A DNA stretch of 64,000 nt from Candidatus Fermentibacterota bacterium (GTDB lineage Bacteria; Fermentibacterota; Fermentibacteria; Fermentibacterales; JCC-6), in NCBI GenBank assembly GCA_963845085.1, contig CAWJQI010000004.1:768001-832000 (forward strand). The letters run 5' to 3'. Position numbers and translations under genes: made by a program. This document shows, in pieces, positions 35,468 through 51,300 of this stretch (positions are counted from its first letter, which is position 1; each line of letters opens with the position of its first letter). Below the pieces are notes generated by a model, which was given only the letters and a program-made list of their open reading frames with translations, was not told the DNA's origin and ran no database searches.

Positions 35468-37236
35468 CGTTTTCTAAGCGCAAGAAGTGTAAGGAGCTCA
35501 AGATCGGATGCACGCACCCCCGGAAGAAGCGAAGCCTCTCTCAGGGTTTGCGGTGAATGCGTGTCAATGGATTGCCGTGCTTCAATGGAAATACCGGAGT
35601 CCCCCGCAAATGACGGGAGAGGAAGGTCCCAATGGTCCCTGACGGCCTGAGCCCTGCGTTGCTGTCTTGTGATATAGCCCCGGTATTTCATGTCGTTGAA
35701 AACGATCTCCACGCTGTCGGGATCGAGCGCCAGCAACCCGGGGCACCTTGCCGCGATGTCTTCAGGAACAGCTTCCGGATTTCTGCACACGCTGTCAAGC
35801 CGGGCCTCCCTGATCGCTGCCTCGGCCTTAACGCAGTCTTCCTGCAGCCTGGCAACCAGCGAAAGCCTTTCTCCTCCCAGAACGCCAAGTCTCGCGCCAA
35901 GGCCTGCAAGTCTGATGTGCGAGTTGTCCTGCCTCAGATGAAGGCGGTTCTCGGCGCGGCTTGAAAACAGCCGGTAGGGCTCGTCTATTCCCTTTCTCAC
36001 AAGGTCGTTGACCATCACTCCGAGGTAGCTTTCCGATCTGTCGGGGATGACCGGCTCAAGGCCGAGTGCCGTTCTTGCGGCGTTTCCCCCCGCCAGCAGA
36101 CCGAGCGCGGCTGCCTCTTCATATCCCGAGGTGCCGAGTATCTGTCCGGCGGCGTACAGGTTTTCCGTGTTCCTAAGCTTCAGGCTTTCATCGAACTCGC
36201 CCCAGGAGAGCCGGGTGTATTCAACGGCGTAACCGAACTGCGCGATCCTTGCGTTCTCGAATCCCCTTATGCTTCGGAGCATTCTGTACTGAACGTCCTG
36301 CGGCATGCTCGTTGACAGCCCGTTCAGGTAGGAAAGCCTCGATGAGTACGCCATCGGCTCAAGATGAACGGGGTGCTCGCTTCTGTCCGGGAACTTGACG
36401 ACCTTGTCCTCAAAGCTCGGGCAGTAGCGCGGTCCCCTCCCGCCTATCCTTCTCTCGTAAAGCGGAGATCTTCCAAGGTTTTCCCTGACGGCTTCAGCGG
36501 TTTTCTCATTGGTTCTTGCGAGATAGCACTGTTTTCTGTTCCGTGCGTCGCGGGAACTCTCAATGCTGAATCGGAAAGGAGTGTCGTGGGCATCCTGGGC
36601 ATCAAGAACGGTCGTGTCCACGGACCCGGTCACCACCCTGGGCGAGGTCCCCGTCTTGAAACGTTCCACGTGGAACATCCCCGAAATGAAATCCTCCAGC
36701 CCGAGCGATGTGAGCCCGCCCGCCCTTCCGCCCGGCCACTTTTCATCGCCCCTGAAAAGAACTCCCCGGAGGTAGGTTCCCGTTGCGAGAACAAAAGCGT
36801 CGCCACTGACTTCCGACCCGTCCTGGAGCCTTACTGCGGTGAATGTTTCGGGCCCTCCGGAAAGCGAGACAGCCATGCCTTCGATCACCCGGATTCCCGC
36901 AGCTCGCAGGGCGGTACTCACAAATGCGGGGTAGGCCTCGGAATCGGCCTGAACCCTCGGACCCCATACTGCGGGACCCTTGCTTCGATTGAGCATTCGA
37001 AACTGCAGGGCAGCTGAATCAGCGGCAAGCCCCATGACTCCGCCAAGAGCATCTATCTCACGAACCAGGCAGCCCTTTGCAACTCCTCCGATGGCGGGGT
37101 TGCACGGCATGACTGCCATGGCATGCGGTTCTGCGGTGACGAGTTTCACCCCGGCACCAGCCCGTGCCGCGGCCAGTGCCGCTTCGGCGCCGGCATGCCC
37201 GCCTCCGATCACTACAACTATCCTATTTGCCGACAC
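35455..37236 (-). CDS. mnmG: tRNA U34 modification enzyme MnmG (GidA)
   Basis: IGGGHAGAEAA, MPCNPAIGG.AKG, LNRSKGPAV, KTGT.PR, GPRYCPS.EDK, AGQI.GTSGYEEAA, EPYRLFSSRAE. Start GTG 37236 or TTG 37260. Confidence 0.94.
   Translation of the reverse strand: MSANRIVVVIGGGHAGAEAALAAARAGAGVKLVTAEPHAMAVMPCNPAIGGVAKGCLVREIDALGGVMGLAADSAALQFRMLNRSKGPAVWGPRVQADSEAYPAFVSTALRAAGIRVIEGMAVSLSGGPETFTAVRLQDGSEVSGDAFVLATGTYLRGVLFRGDEKWPGGRAGGLTSLGLEDFISGMFHVERFKTGTSPRVVTGSVDTTVLDAQDAHDTPFRFSIESSRDARNRKQCYLARTNEKTAEAVRENLGRSPLYERRIGGRGPRYCPSFEDKVVKFPDRSEHPVHLEPMAYSSRLSYLNGLSTSMPQDVQYRMLRSIRGFENARIAQFGYAVEYTRLSWGEFDESLKLRNTENLYAAGQILGTSGYEEAAALGLLAGGNAARTALGLEPVIPDRSESYLGVMVNDLVRKGIDEPYRLFSSRAENRLHLRQDNSHIRLAGLGARLGVLGGERLSLVARLQEDCVKAEAAIREARLDSVCRNPEAVPEDIAARCPGLLALDPDSVEIVFNDMKYRGYITRQQRRAQAVRDHWDLPLPSFAGDSGISIEARQSIDTHSPQTLREASLLPGVRASDLELLTLLALRKRCST
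36662..36677. promoter_or_regulatory. parS centromere-like site inside mnmG
   Basis: CGTTCCACGTGGAACA, perfect 14-bp palindromic core. Confidence 0.85.
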
Positions 37237-38428
37237 AGAGCACGCCCAGCGCCCGTTCAACGGCGTTCAGGTCCTGCCTGATCCCGGTCATCTCCGACGC
37301 TATGGATTCTGCTTCCCTGAGAAGGTCGGCTGCGATCCCGGGATCATGGCACACTGCTTCTACGGCTTCCTTCAGCAGTGAATGGATCTCAATCGCCCTG
37401 TGCTCACCAGAAGTCGTTGTGATTTCCGCAAGCGTCCGTCGGAGGGTGTCCGTCCCCTCCCCTGTCACCGATGAAACCCTCAGCCCCGGAAGTTCATGCA
37501 TATCACTCTTTGAAAGAACGGTTAGTATCCTGCCCGATGCGCTTTTGAGAATCGCCGGGATATCCTCTCCGTCCGGGCTGAGCCAGACCAGGGTGTCCTC
37601 GCGCGAGATCCCCAGCAGAACGGTATCGAGTGCATCCCTGTCTATCCCGTCACCCCCGAAACCGGGAGTGTCAATCAGCAGAAGCCTTCTTCCCCCGACA
37701 CTGATCTCGCTTCTGGCGCCATCCCTCGTGGTGCCTGGCGACGGATCGACAAGTGCCACCCTTTCACCGCAGAGAGCATTGAAAAGAGTTGATTTGCCGG
37801 CGTTCACGTTGCCCATCAAGAACACCCTGGCCGCCCGTTGCAGGGAGTGTGTGCACTCCATGAGCCTTCCTGCCGACAGAATGGCCTTTTCGATCGCTGC
37901 CTCAAGGTCTTTGGAGTTTGCGAATGCCTCCTCCTGAAACTCAATGCAGCCCTCGACCGCTTCAAGTGCGGATGAAACATTTATCTGAAGGTCGTGCAGC
38001 ACGTCTTCAAGCGGTGTGACGATCCTTCCCGTCTCGACGGCGGCAGCCAGGGCCATAACCTGGCTGTCAGACATGACGCCGTTTCGCCAGGCTCTGCCCG
38101 TAAACTCGCCGGGAAGTGCGCTTCTTGCACCCGCGTTGAGCAGTGCAAGCATCAGTGCCGTCACCTGCTCAGGTATGCCGTGGCACATCAGCTCCACCAT
38201 TTCCTCGCCGGTGTAGCTTTTTCCCGCCGGCCATCCCAGTGCAACGACCTCGCCTGCTCCGGGAATGCTGACGAGTGCTCTTCTCATGCCCTGAAGCCTT
38301 CCGTCGGGAATGCCCGCAAGTACTTCAACGAGCGCAGCCGAGCCTTGCCCGGACAGCCTCACCACGGCAAGCGCGGACAGACCAGCCGGCGTTGCCACGG
38401 CAGCAATGACGTCCCTGTCGATGGTCAC
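37223..38428 (-). CDS. mnmE: tRNA modification GTPase MnmE (TrmE), short and divergent
   Basis: DVIAAVATP, VRLSG, SYTGEE.VE..CHG, PGEFT.RA..NG, GNVNAGKS, PGTTRD, DTPG, C-terminal CVGK. Confidence 0.92.
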   Translation of the reverse strand: MTIDRDVIAAVATPAGLSALAVVRLSGQGSAALVEVLAGIPDGRLQGMRRALVSIPGAGEVVALGWPAGKSYTGEEMVELMCHGIPEQVTALMLALLNAGARSALPGEFTGRAWRNGVMSDSQVMALAAAVETGRIVTPLEDVLHDLQINVSSALEAVEGCIEFQEEAFANSKDLEAAIEKAILSAGRLMECTHSLQRAARVFLMGNVNAGKSTLFNALCGERVALVDPSPGTTRDGARSEISVGGRRLLLIDTPGFGGDGIDRDALDTVLLGISREDTLVWLSPDGEDIPAILKSASGRILTVLSKSDMHELPGLRVSSVTGEGTDTLRRTLAEITTTSGEHRAIEIHSLLKEAVEAVCHDPGIAADLLREAESIASEMTGIRQDLNAVERALGVLCVGK

Positions 38429-39987
38429 CTGGGTTCTTCCGCCTGCAGTCTTCTTTTTATCAGTTCCTGGTTGCCCATCGTGAGAATGTTGTAGACCATC
38501 CAGTAAAGGTTCAGGCCTGCGGCAAACTTCATGAAGATGTATCCCATCATCACGGGCATTATGTACATCATCATCTTCTGCTGCTGCATGGCGGATGCCG
38601 AACTCATTTTCTGCTGGATGATCATGAACGCCGCCGTGATGAGCGCCATCAGCCCTATTCCCTGAAGCCCGAGAATTGGGGATTGGAAATGAACGAGCAA
38701 CTCGGGCCTGGAGAGGTCGGTCACCCAGAGGACGAAGGGCGCACCCCTGAGTTCAACCGCATTGCCGAGAACCCTGTACATCGCAAAGAAAACCGGCATC
38801 TGCAGAAGCATCGGAAGGCATCCGCCCAGGGGGTTGGCCCCCGATTCCTTGTAAAGTTTCTGCATCGCCTGCTGCTGCTTCTGAGGGTCGGTGGCGTACT
38901 TCTTCTGGATCTCCTTTATTGCCGGCGAGAGCTTCTGCATCTTCTGCATCGCCACGAAGCTCTTCCTTGTCAAAGGCATCATGAGGACCTGAAGTGTAAC
39001 TGCGAGCACCATGATCCGGAGACCCCAGTTGCCGATGAATGAAAGAACATTGTTCAGATACAGGAAGATAAGCTGTGCAAGCTGCCTTATGACAGGAAAG
39101 CCGAAGTCCACCATCTTCTCGGTGTCGCTTCCAAGATCCCTGAGCAGCGTGTAACTGACCGGACCCGCATAGACTGTAGCGCTGTCGGTTTCGAGTGAGA
39201 CTTCGGGGGAGCCTTCGCCACCCGGCGCCACGAAACCGCTCACTCTCTCCCTCGACATGGGGAGCAGGGCGATGCAGAAGTACCTTGAAGCCGAGGCCAC
39301 CCAGCGGGAGTTGCCGGTTCCGTCAAGCTCTTCGATCGAAGGAGCCTTTTTCCTTGTCATCTTGTTCGTATACCAGCAGGCGGAGTAGTACTGCCGCAGG
39401 TCCGCCTCGTCTTCGGTGACGGGAATTGCCCCGGCCTGTACTGTTATCAAACCGGAAAGCCCTTCATCCCTTACATCAAATGAGTATGATCCCCCGTCAA
39501 AAGTATATGTGCGACCCGCTCCGCCCGAGCTCAAAGCTATCTCCGTCAGGTCGGTCACAATCACGGTATCGGGGCAATCCGACGTGAATACAATCCTGCC
39601 GCCTGCTGCACCGGTCGCAGTCAGCCAGGGTTCCTCTGCGAGGTTGACCATGTCCTGCTGTCCTGCTTCACCCGACAGGTCCGGATACTTCGCGAGCGAC
39701 CAGCGGGTGACCGAGCCTCCGTCCGTGGATACAACTGCATCGACGAGAATGCTTTCCCCGTCCATGATCCTCACCACGATATCCCGCGGCGGCACTGTAC
39801 TGTCCGGTTCAACAGGTGTCACGGCATCCTGATGCTGAATCTCAGGTTGCACGGACTGCACGGGGGTTTCTTCCACCTGTGCGGAGGACGTGTTTGCCCT
39901 CGGCCCCGCAAGGAACCAGCTCAGTGCAAGAACTGTCATCATCAGAGCTGCGGCAAGAAGCATTCTTGACTGGTCACTCATCGCCAT
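38425..39987 (-). CDS. yidC: Membrane protein insertase YidC
   Basis: N-terminal TM plus periplasmic domain; [43 protein letters not shown]. Confidence 0.95.
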   Translation of the reverse strand: MAMSDQSRMLLAAALMMTVLALSWFLAGPRANTSSAQVEETPVQSVQPEIQHQDAVTPVEPDSTVPPRDIVVRIMDGESILVDAVVSTDGGSVTRWSLAKYPDLSGEAGQQDMVNLAEEPWLTATGAAGGRIVFTSDCPDTVIVTDLTEIALSSGGAGRTYTFDGGSYSFDVRDEGLSGLITVQAGAIPVTEDEADLRQYYSACWYTNKMTRKKAPSIEELDGTGNSRWVASASRYFCIALLPMSRERVSGFVAPGGEGSPEVSLETDSATVYAGPVSYTLLRDLGSDTEKMVDFGFPVIRQLAQLIFLYLNNVLSFIGNWGLRIMVLAVTLQVLMMPLTRKSFVAMQKMQKLSPAIKEIQKKYATDPQKQQQAMQKLYKESGANPLGGCLPMLLQMPVFFAMYRVLGNAVELRGAPFVLWVTDLSRPELLVHFQSPILGLQGIGLMALITAAFMIIQQKMSSASAMQQQKMMMYIMPVMMGYIFMKFAAGLNLYWMVYNILTMGNQELIKRRLQAEEPR

Positions 39988-40207
39988 TGTTCTCTTCCTC
40001 CGGTACGGGGTCGAATCCCCCCGCGTTCCACGGGTTGCATCTAAGTATTCTTCTCAGGGCAAGCATCGACCCTTTCCATGCACCGAACCTTTCCACGGCG
40101 GTCCGGGCATAGCTGCTGCACGAGGGGGTGAAGCGGCAGGACGGGGGAAAGAGCGGTGAGACAAACTTTCTGTACCCGTCAATAAGAAGAATCAACAGGG
40201 TCTTCAA
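39974..40207 (-). CDS. yidD: Membrane protein insertion efficiency factor YidD
   Basis: Y...[36 protein letters not shown] at 40207 overlaps the rnpA stop. Confidence 0.95.
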   Translation of the reverse strand: MKTLLILLIDGYRKFVSPLFPPSCRFTPSCSSYARTAVERFGAWKGSMLALRRILRCNPWNAGGFDPVPEEENNGDE

Positions 40208-40584
40208 CGCCCGGCTTCCTGCAGCAGCACTGCGAAATCTTCGCACATTGCGGGCCAGCCAATCCCGCTGAGTTTGCCGATCGGTGTCACGACGGCATCA
40301 AATCCCGGGCCCTTCCCGGCGGCCTCCCTGGCCAGATGCCTCAACCTTCTTCTGAAAAGGTTTCTTTCCACAGCGTTTCCGGTCTTCCTTGATACGGAAA
40401 ACCCCAGGCGTATGACGCCCAGGGTGTTTCTGCCGTGTCTCGCCCTGATGACTCTTCCGCTGAAACGCTTTCCCGCCTTGAACAGGCGCATGAACTCGGG
40501 GGTTTTCTTCAGGGTGTATCTGGAGGCGCCGGAACTGCCTGCCTTAGGGCACCAGTCTTTTGCGGCCCTTCCTTCTTCTGGCAT
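40204..40584 (-). CDS. rnpA: Ribonuclease P protein component
   Basis: [29 protein letters not shown]; start uncertain because it overlaps the end of rpmH. Confidence 0.92.
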   Translation of the reverse strand: MPEEGRAAKDWCPKAGSSGASRYTLKKTPEFMRLFKAGKRFSGRVIRARHGRNTLGVIRLGFSVSRKTGNAVERNLFRRRLRHLAREAAGKGPGFDAVVTPIGKLSGIGWPAMCEDFAVLLQEAGR

Positions 40585-40678
40585 TCAGAACCTTCCTGCC
40601 GCCCCGGGTAGCCATCCTGGCCCTGAACCCATGCGTTCTTACCCTGGAGATTCTGCTGGGTTGATAGGTTCTCTTCAT
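40544..40678 (-). CDS. rpmH: 50S ribosomal protein L34 (not in the ORF track)
   Basis: Hand translation: [49 protein letters not shown] upstream. Confidence 0.97.
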   Translation of the reverse strand: MKRTYQPSRISRVRTHGFRARMATRGGRKVLNARRRKGRKRLVP

Positions 40679-40893
40679 AACCCGTTCCTTCTTGACTAAG
40701 CCGGCGGCTGGTTGCCCCGGGAAACAGAAACTGCGTATTCAAAAGGGAAGCGGAATCTTACTATCGTTGCCTTCCTTTGTCAAGCTTTTTTTGGCCCTTG
40801 CCAACGGAAAAGAAATCAACATGTTTTGGCCTGACCTGTGCCCATGGTCTTTTCATGTTTTTGTTGTGCAACTGTTTGCCTGTATTCAAGGGG

Positions 40894-40902
40894 TGTGGAT
40901 AA
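40894..40902 (-). promoter_or_regulatory. DnaA box upstream of dnaA
   Basis: TGTGGATAA, the exact reverse complement of TTATCCACA, 55 nt before the dnaA ATG. Confidence 0.8.
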
Positions 40903-40957
40903 CCATGTTGATTTCTTCTGACACCGTTGCGTACAATCGCTTTACGCCTCCATCGCC

Positions 40958-42277
40958 ATGCCATTCCTGAACGGCTCGCCTGAGGCCGCCTGGTCCGACT
41001 GCCTTGCCCGTGCGCGGGAAGGGCTGGGGCTCGATACATTCAATTCCTGGCTTGCGGGATCACGCTTCGTCAGCTACGAGTACGACACCTTTACAGTGGC
41101 ATTCAAAGACGATTTCAGCGCAGGTTTCGTTTCCACGCACTTTTCCGAGAAACTGCGCGCCATCCTTGCCGGTCTTCTCGATTGCCCCGACCTCCACTTC
41201 CGTGCCATCTCAGTACCGAGGAACGCGCCCACAAGGCGCGAAGCCCTTCTCCCAACGATGCTCCGTCCATCCTATACGTTCGAGCGGTTCATCGTCGACG
41301 ACAACAACAGGCTTGCATACGCAACGGCATTCTCAGCGGCTAAAAACATGGGTTCCGACCTTGCAAACCCGCTGTTCATCTATGGCGGCGTCGGCCTTGG
41401 AAAAACGCACCTCATTCAGGCCGTTGCGCATTACGTCAGCACGCACAGGCCGGATCTCGTTTTCCGCTACATCTCCAGCGAGGAGTTCGTCAATCAACTC
41501 ATCACCGCCCTGGGAAACAAGAGCACGATGGAGGAGTTCGAGCGTCGCTTCCGTGACGTTCACTACCTTCTTATGGACGACGTGCAGTTCCTCGGGGGCA
41601 AGGAAGTTTCAGAACAGAAACTGTTTCACATCTTCAACAACCTCTACCTTCAGGGACGCCAGATCGTTCTCACCTCGGACAGGCCTCCCCACGAGATCGA
41701 ACCCCTTGAAGAGCGCCTTGTATCACGGTTTCAATCTGGAATAGTGGCCGACATCAAACCCCCCGGCCTCGAGACGAGGGTCGCAATACTCACGCAGATA
41801 ACAAGGGAGCGCTGCATCTCGATAGACGAGGAAACCATGTACTACATTGCCGACACGGTGAAATCGAACATCAGACAGCTCGAGGGCATGATCAATCTGC
41901 TGGCCGTTCGCTCCCAGATACAGAACATCTCCATCACACGGGATCTCGTGCGCAACATCATCGCCGAGTTCCTGGGTGCGGGCACCCGGCACCTGAACCC
42001 CGGCAGCATCACGAGCGCGGTTGCCGAATCGTTTTCCATCAACCCCGCACTCATCAGGGGAAAGCAGCGCAAGCGGGAGGTCCTGATACCCAGGCAGGTT
42101 TCGATGATGCTCATCAGGGAATTGACCGACACCCCGCTGACGGAGATAGGGCGCTTCTTCTCCGGCAGGGATCACTCCACGGTTCTCAACGCCATTGCCC
42201 GCATAAAGGAGATCATCGCGGAGAACCCCTCACTGAAGCGACGCATTCAGGACATCCGGGAAAACCTCACAAGTTGA
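40958..42277 (+). CDS. dnaA: Chromosomal replication initiator DnaA
   Basis: YTFERFI, NPLFIYGGVGLGKTHL, DDVQFL, TSDRPP, RLVSRF..G, NIRQLEG, RDHSTV. Confidence 0.98.
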   Translation: MPFLNGSPEAAWSDCLARAREGLGLDTFNSWLAGSRFVSYEYDTFTVAFKDDFSAGFVSTHFSEKLRAILAGLLDCPDLHFRAISVPRNAPTRREALLPTMLRPSYTFERFIVDDNNRLAYATAFSAAKNMGSDLANPLFIYGGVGLGKTHLIQAVAHYVSTHRPDLVFRYISSEEFVNQLITALGNKSTMEEFERRFRDVHYLLMDDVQFLGGKEVSEQKLFHIFNNLYLQGRQIVLTSDRPPHEIEPLEERLVSRFQSGIVADIKPPGLETRVAILTQITRERCISIDEETMYYIADTVKSNIRQLEGMINLLAVRSQIQNISITRDLVRNIIAEFLGAGTRHLNPGSITSAVAESFSINPALIRGKQRKREVLIPRQVSMMLIRELTDTPLTEIGRFFSGRDHSTVLNAIARIKEIIAENPSLKRRIQDIRENLTS

Positions 42278-42480
42278 CGATGTGCACAACCCCCCTGTTT
42301 TCTGTTGATACCGCTGTGGATTTCCTGTTCACAACCGATTCCGATTTCCTCCTGTGGAAAAAGCCCTCCGCCCAACTGCCCTGCCCACAGATTTTCAACA
42401 ATGTGATCCCGTTGTCCTCCATGGTCGGAGCCTTACTTTTCCACAAATCCACATGTATAATTGTGATGACTATTCCTTAG
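42278..42480. other. Predicted replication origin (oriC) between dnaA and dnaN
   Basis: DnaA-box-like 9-mers at 42281, 42303, 42315, 42353 (TGTGGAAAA) and 42392, plus tandem TTTTCCACAAATCCACA at 42437-42453 followed by an AT-rich tract. Predominant gene orientation switches at rpmH/dnaA. Confidence 0.82.
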
Positions 42481-42526
42481 ATGTTTGAACCTACCTCTCT
42501 GTAATCCTGTGGAAGGAGAGAAGCAC

Positions 42527-43639
42527 ATGGTTAAGCTCCTCGTATCTTATGGAGACCTTCTGAAGGGCCTTAGCATTGTAGCCAACGCTCTTCCCCCCAA
42601 AACAAGCCTCCCTTCTCTTACGAACATCCTTCTTGAGACGCAGGCTGACAGGTTGAGTCTTGCTGCAACCGACCTCGATACCTCGGTCATCACCTCCGTG
42701 CCGGCAACGATCAGCACACAGGGATCTGTCGCCCTTCCGGGAAAAAAGCTGCTTGAGATAGTCAAGGAACTTCCCGGCGGAGACATTCACATCGGCGGAT
42801 CGGGCAGCAGGATCACAATCTCATGCGGGAACAGCAGTTTCATACTTGCCGGAAGCAGCAGGGAGAGTTTTCCCTCCCTTCCATCCGCAAGCGAGGTCAC
42901 ATTCACCGAGTTGCCGCTCAAGGCCATATCCGACGCAGTCAGAAAAACGGCGTTCGCCGTTGCTTCCGACGACTACAGGCCCGCACTGAACGGGGCGCTG
43001 TGGAAAATGAATGCAGACGGCCTTGAAATGGTTGCCACCGATGGCCACCGCCTCGCGCGCATGAGGCTTTGCGAAATGCACTCCGAGAAGAGTCTTGAGG
43101 CAATTGTCGCCCCGAAGGCGCTGAACCTTCTCGGAAGGCTCGGCGAGGACGAAAACATCCTTCTCGGGGCCCAGGGCACACAAATCTGTTTCAAATCGGG
43201 TGAAACCGTTGTTTTCAGCAGGATAATCGAGGGGCCGTATCCCCCCTATGAGAAGGTGATCCCCGGCGAAAACCCCTTCATACTCACCGTGAACAGGGTG
43301 GATCTCATATCGAGCCTGAGGCGAATGCGAATAATTGCGAACCCCGCCACCCACCAGGTCCGCTTTACTCTCGAACCCGGCAAGATGATCCTTCAGGCCG
43401 AAAACACCGACGCCGGTGAGGCGAGAGAAGAACTCCAGGCCCGCTTCGATTCCGACCCCCTCCAGATTGCATTCAATGGGGATTTCCTGATGGAGATCCT
43501 TAAAAACATGGACAGCGAGTCCGTCATCCTGAAAATACGCGACGGCGCGACCGCCGTTGTCATTGAGGAGCTTGAACAGGACCCGGGCATGGAGTACCTT
43601 GCGTTGCTGATGCCCGTACGTCTTGCGAACGCGGTGTGA
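42527..43639 (+). CDS. dnaN: DNA polymerase III beta sliding clamp
   Basis: LP.LTNILL, ATDLD, RPALNG, VATDGHRLA, SRIIEGPYP.YEKVIP, IAFN, LLMPVR; AAGGAG plus ATG 42527. Confidence 0.97.
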   Translation: MVKLLVSYGDLLKGLSIVANALPPKTSLPSLTNILLETQADRLSLAATDLDTSVITSVPATISTQGSVALPGKKLLEIVKELPGGDIHIGGSGSRITISCGNSSFILAGSSRESFPSLPSASEVTFTELPLKAISDAVRKTAFAVASDDYRPALNGALWKMNADGLEMVATDGHRLARMRLCEMHSEKSLEAIVAPKALNLLGRLGEDENILLGAQGTQICFKSGETVVFSRIIEGPYPPYEKVIPGENPFILTVNRVDLISSLRRMRIIANPATHQVRFTLEPGKMILQAENTDAGEAREELQARFDSDPLQIAFNGDFLMEILKNMDSESVILKIRDGATAVVIEELEQDPGMEYLALLMPVRLANAV

Positions 43640-43657
43640 TGAAAGGTTCTTCCACTG

Positions 43658-48348
<4,691 letters not shown>

Positions 48349-48352
<4 letters not shown>

Positions 48353-51300
48353 CCCGCAAGGAAGCCCTGAAGCAGATGCTCGCCACCTGGCTCTCGGTGC
48401 ACGGCGAAGATTCTGCCTCACCTCCTTCCGTATCGGTTCCGGCACTGCCCTTCGTTCACCCTGAAAACCTTTCCGCGCCGCCGGCCACCATCAGCGCCCT
48501 TGAAAGCCTGCCCCTCTTCAGGAAGTGGGGCGAGCTTATCCCCATCACGGCGTCGCTTCTCACCGGCATGGAGGCCGGGGCAGGCGGTTCGGTATTTAAA
48601 AAACTGCAGGCGATCTCATCGCCTCCCGTGTCAGCCGGGCTTGCGGGGGACTGGTTCAGGGCGCTGCACCTGCTTCCCAGAGACCTCTGGAGCCTTGGGG
48701 TCGAGGGATTCCTTCAGCTTGCGGGCATTCACGCAAAAACAGGGGATGCCTCCAGGGAGACCGCGCTTTCAGCAGTTCTCTGCAGCTGGTTCCGTGTTCT
48801 CAGAAGCTGCGGCGACGGAAACCTCGGAGAGGAAGCCGCAGCGTTCTGCCTTGACCTTGCGGGCTTCTGGCCCTCCCACTTCGCATACCTTTGCGACAGG
48901 CTTTCCTCGGGCGGGGAGGAAGTTCACGAGGCACTGAAAAAGGCGGTGGAATTCAAGGAAGTTGCCGAGGCCAACCGGGCGGTCCTCATGGACTTCGCGG
49001 CCGACATCGGTTGGCTGTACCCGGGAGTCGAGTACGCACCCCTCTGGGAGATAGTCGCCAGGAGGGGAATGCCGATCTACAGAAGGATAGCCGAGGGCAT
49101 GGCACCTATCGGCTCCCTCAGGTTCTTCTGCGGAGCAATGAACGGATTGAAGAAGAGAAGGGGGATCGGAGAGTTTCTCTCGGAAGAGAGAGTTCACAGG
49201 GCCATGGTTCTTTTCAGGACCGACGACCCTGACGTGGTGACCTCCGTACTCAAATCCAGCCCTGTCGCCTGCTCCCATCTTGACTCCCAGATGGAGATCG
49301 ACCTTGCGGTCGAGTTGCTTTCGATACGGCCGTCGGGAGGTGAGAACCCCTTCCGGATGGGTGAGCTCTTCATCGAGATGGTTGACTCGGCGCAGAAGGG
49401 TGTTACCTACCAGGGCCTTGTCAAGTTCCTCGCCGGGATGCAGGGAAGGATCGAGGGCGAAACCCTCGAATTCGTCTGCGGCTACCTTTCCGACGCCGGC
49501 GAGAAGTGCACCTATACGGCAGTCGACGTCATGAGGCTTTACAGGATAACCGACAGCGTGATCTCGGTGGGAAGGACGCCCGACAGGAAAAGCCTGAGAA
49601 CCGTTTTCAGGGCGCTGGACGGATCGTCCTCGGGAAGAAAGGGGCTCGCGGTTCTTGAGCGCGCGATGCTGCGCCGCGGAAGCCATCAGCCGCACCTTGC
49701 AGCCGTCGCCTCCCTTCTTGTAAGGGCTGCTCCCGACGACGATGCCGCTGCGTACCTTCACCGCACACAGAGCATTGCGGGCGTGTTCGCCCTTCTCACG
49801 CCGGTGGACAGAAGCAGGCTTTCCTCGGGGCTTGCCCCCGCCTGGATGGAGAAGCTGCTCGACGTTGAGCCTGAGGCTGAAAAGACTGTGATCCAGTTCC
49901 TCGGGCGCGTCGAGGATCCATCAAGGCGACTCAGGTTCCTCGACATGGTTGTGGCACCCCTGATGCAGGAGGTCAGCGCATCCGACCCGCTGTTCAGGGA
50001 CTGCCTCGCATTCGCGGTGACAGGGTACAACTCCGCCCCCGAGCAGGACAGGTTGAGGGAAGCCGAGAACCTCACCCTTCAGCGCGTGTTCAGGGCAGGG
50101 GGCAGGGTGGCCGCCCTTGATCTATTAATGCAGGACCTGCTGACCCCCCCGGGGCTTTCCAGGGGCAGGTCGGAAGAGCTGCTCTCCGGAATCCGGGCCA
50201 TCTGTGACAGGTTCAGCAGGCAGGCTGTCTGGCAGGAGGGGTTCGACAGCATTTTCTCGAGCTTCCTCGACATTGGCATCAGGCGGATACTCAACGCCTT
50301 CATGGAGGTTCCTGATGCCCTTGATTCGATAAACAGCAGGTTCATAGCACGGCTGGCCGACACCCTCATGCCTGTCCGGACCGCGGGCACCAACGTCTCC
50401 ACAGGTGCCGGACGCACCGCCACAGCCTTCTTTACCGAAGTGCTTCCGGAAAGTGTTTTTTTCTACCATAAAAAACTTGAGATCCTTGCGGGGTTCCTCG
50501 AAAATGTTATCGAACTCGCCCAGCGCGGCATCGGTGGAATTCCGGCGGGAGAGGACTTTCTCATCCATCTGGCCAGGGAGATCCAGGAGAGCAGGGCATT
50601 CGAGCTTTCCACGGCGCTCGAGGCATGGCTCCGGGGCAGCCCCGCCCCAACTGCGGAAACTGATCATTTCAGCCCGGAGGAGATCCTTTCTTCATGGTCG
50701 GTGATCCATGAGGCCCAGGAAGTACCCAGGAAGCGGATAGGCGGCGTGGCGGCCCTGATGACTTCGGCACAGCCCCGCAGGGAGGAGTTGCTGCGAATCT
50801 GCTCGACATTGAGCGCAGGGCTTTCCTCGGCAGGGGTTCCGGGAGGGGATTCCCTCGGGTACCATTGCGACAGACCGGCGCTTATAAGGCTGAAGACCAT
50901 GCTTGGGGAGCGAAGGGACCCGCTCGATTTTTTCGTCGCCCTGAGGAGGGGACAGCCTCAGCACGGAGACGAGAAAGCCATCGCCGAGCTGAACGAGGCT
51001 GTTGCGAACACGGGTGACGACCCTGTCCACGCATGGGCTTCCGCAACCCTTCCCCCCATTTTGAACTGCGCCCTGATGATCCTTCTCGCAGAATCCACCG
51101 ACTCTGACAAGTCTCAGCAGATTGCAGCCTCCATCGCCGAGGTGGTTGACTTCCTCGGGGCGGACAATGCCTCAGAGCTTCTCATCATGGTGGCCGACTG
51201 CCTTTCCACAGCCGTTTTTCCGGGCCAGTCCGCCGACCTTCTTGAGAGGCATCTCTTCGGACCGATGTGGAAAACACGCGCCCTGGACAGGATAGAGCTT

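Noticed and set aside
51266..51274. Isolated TGTGGAAAA DnaA-box matches inside genes (also near 32604)
   Set aside because: They are single, intragenic and compatible with chance.
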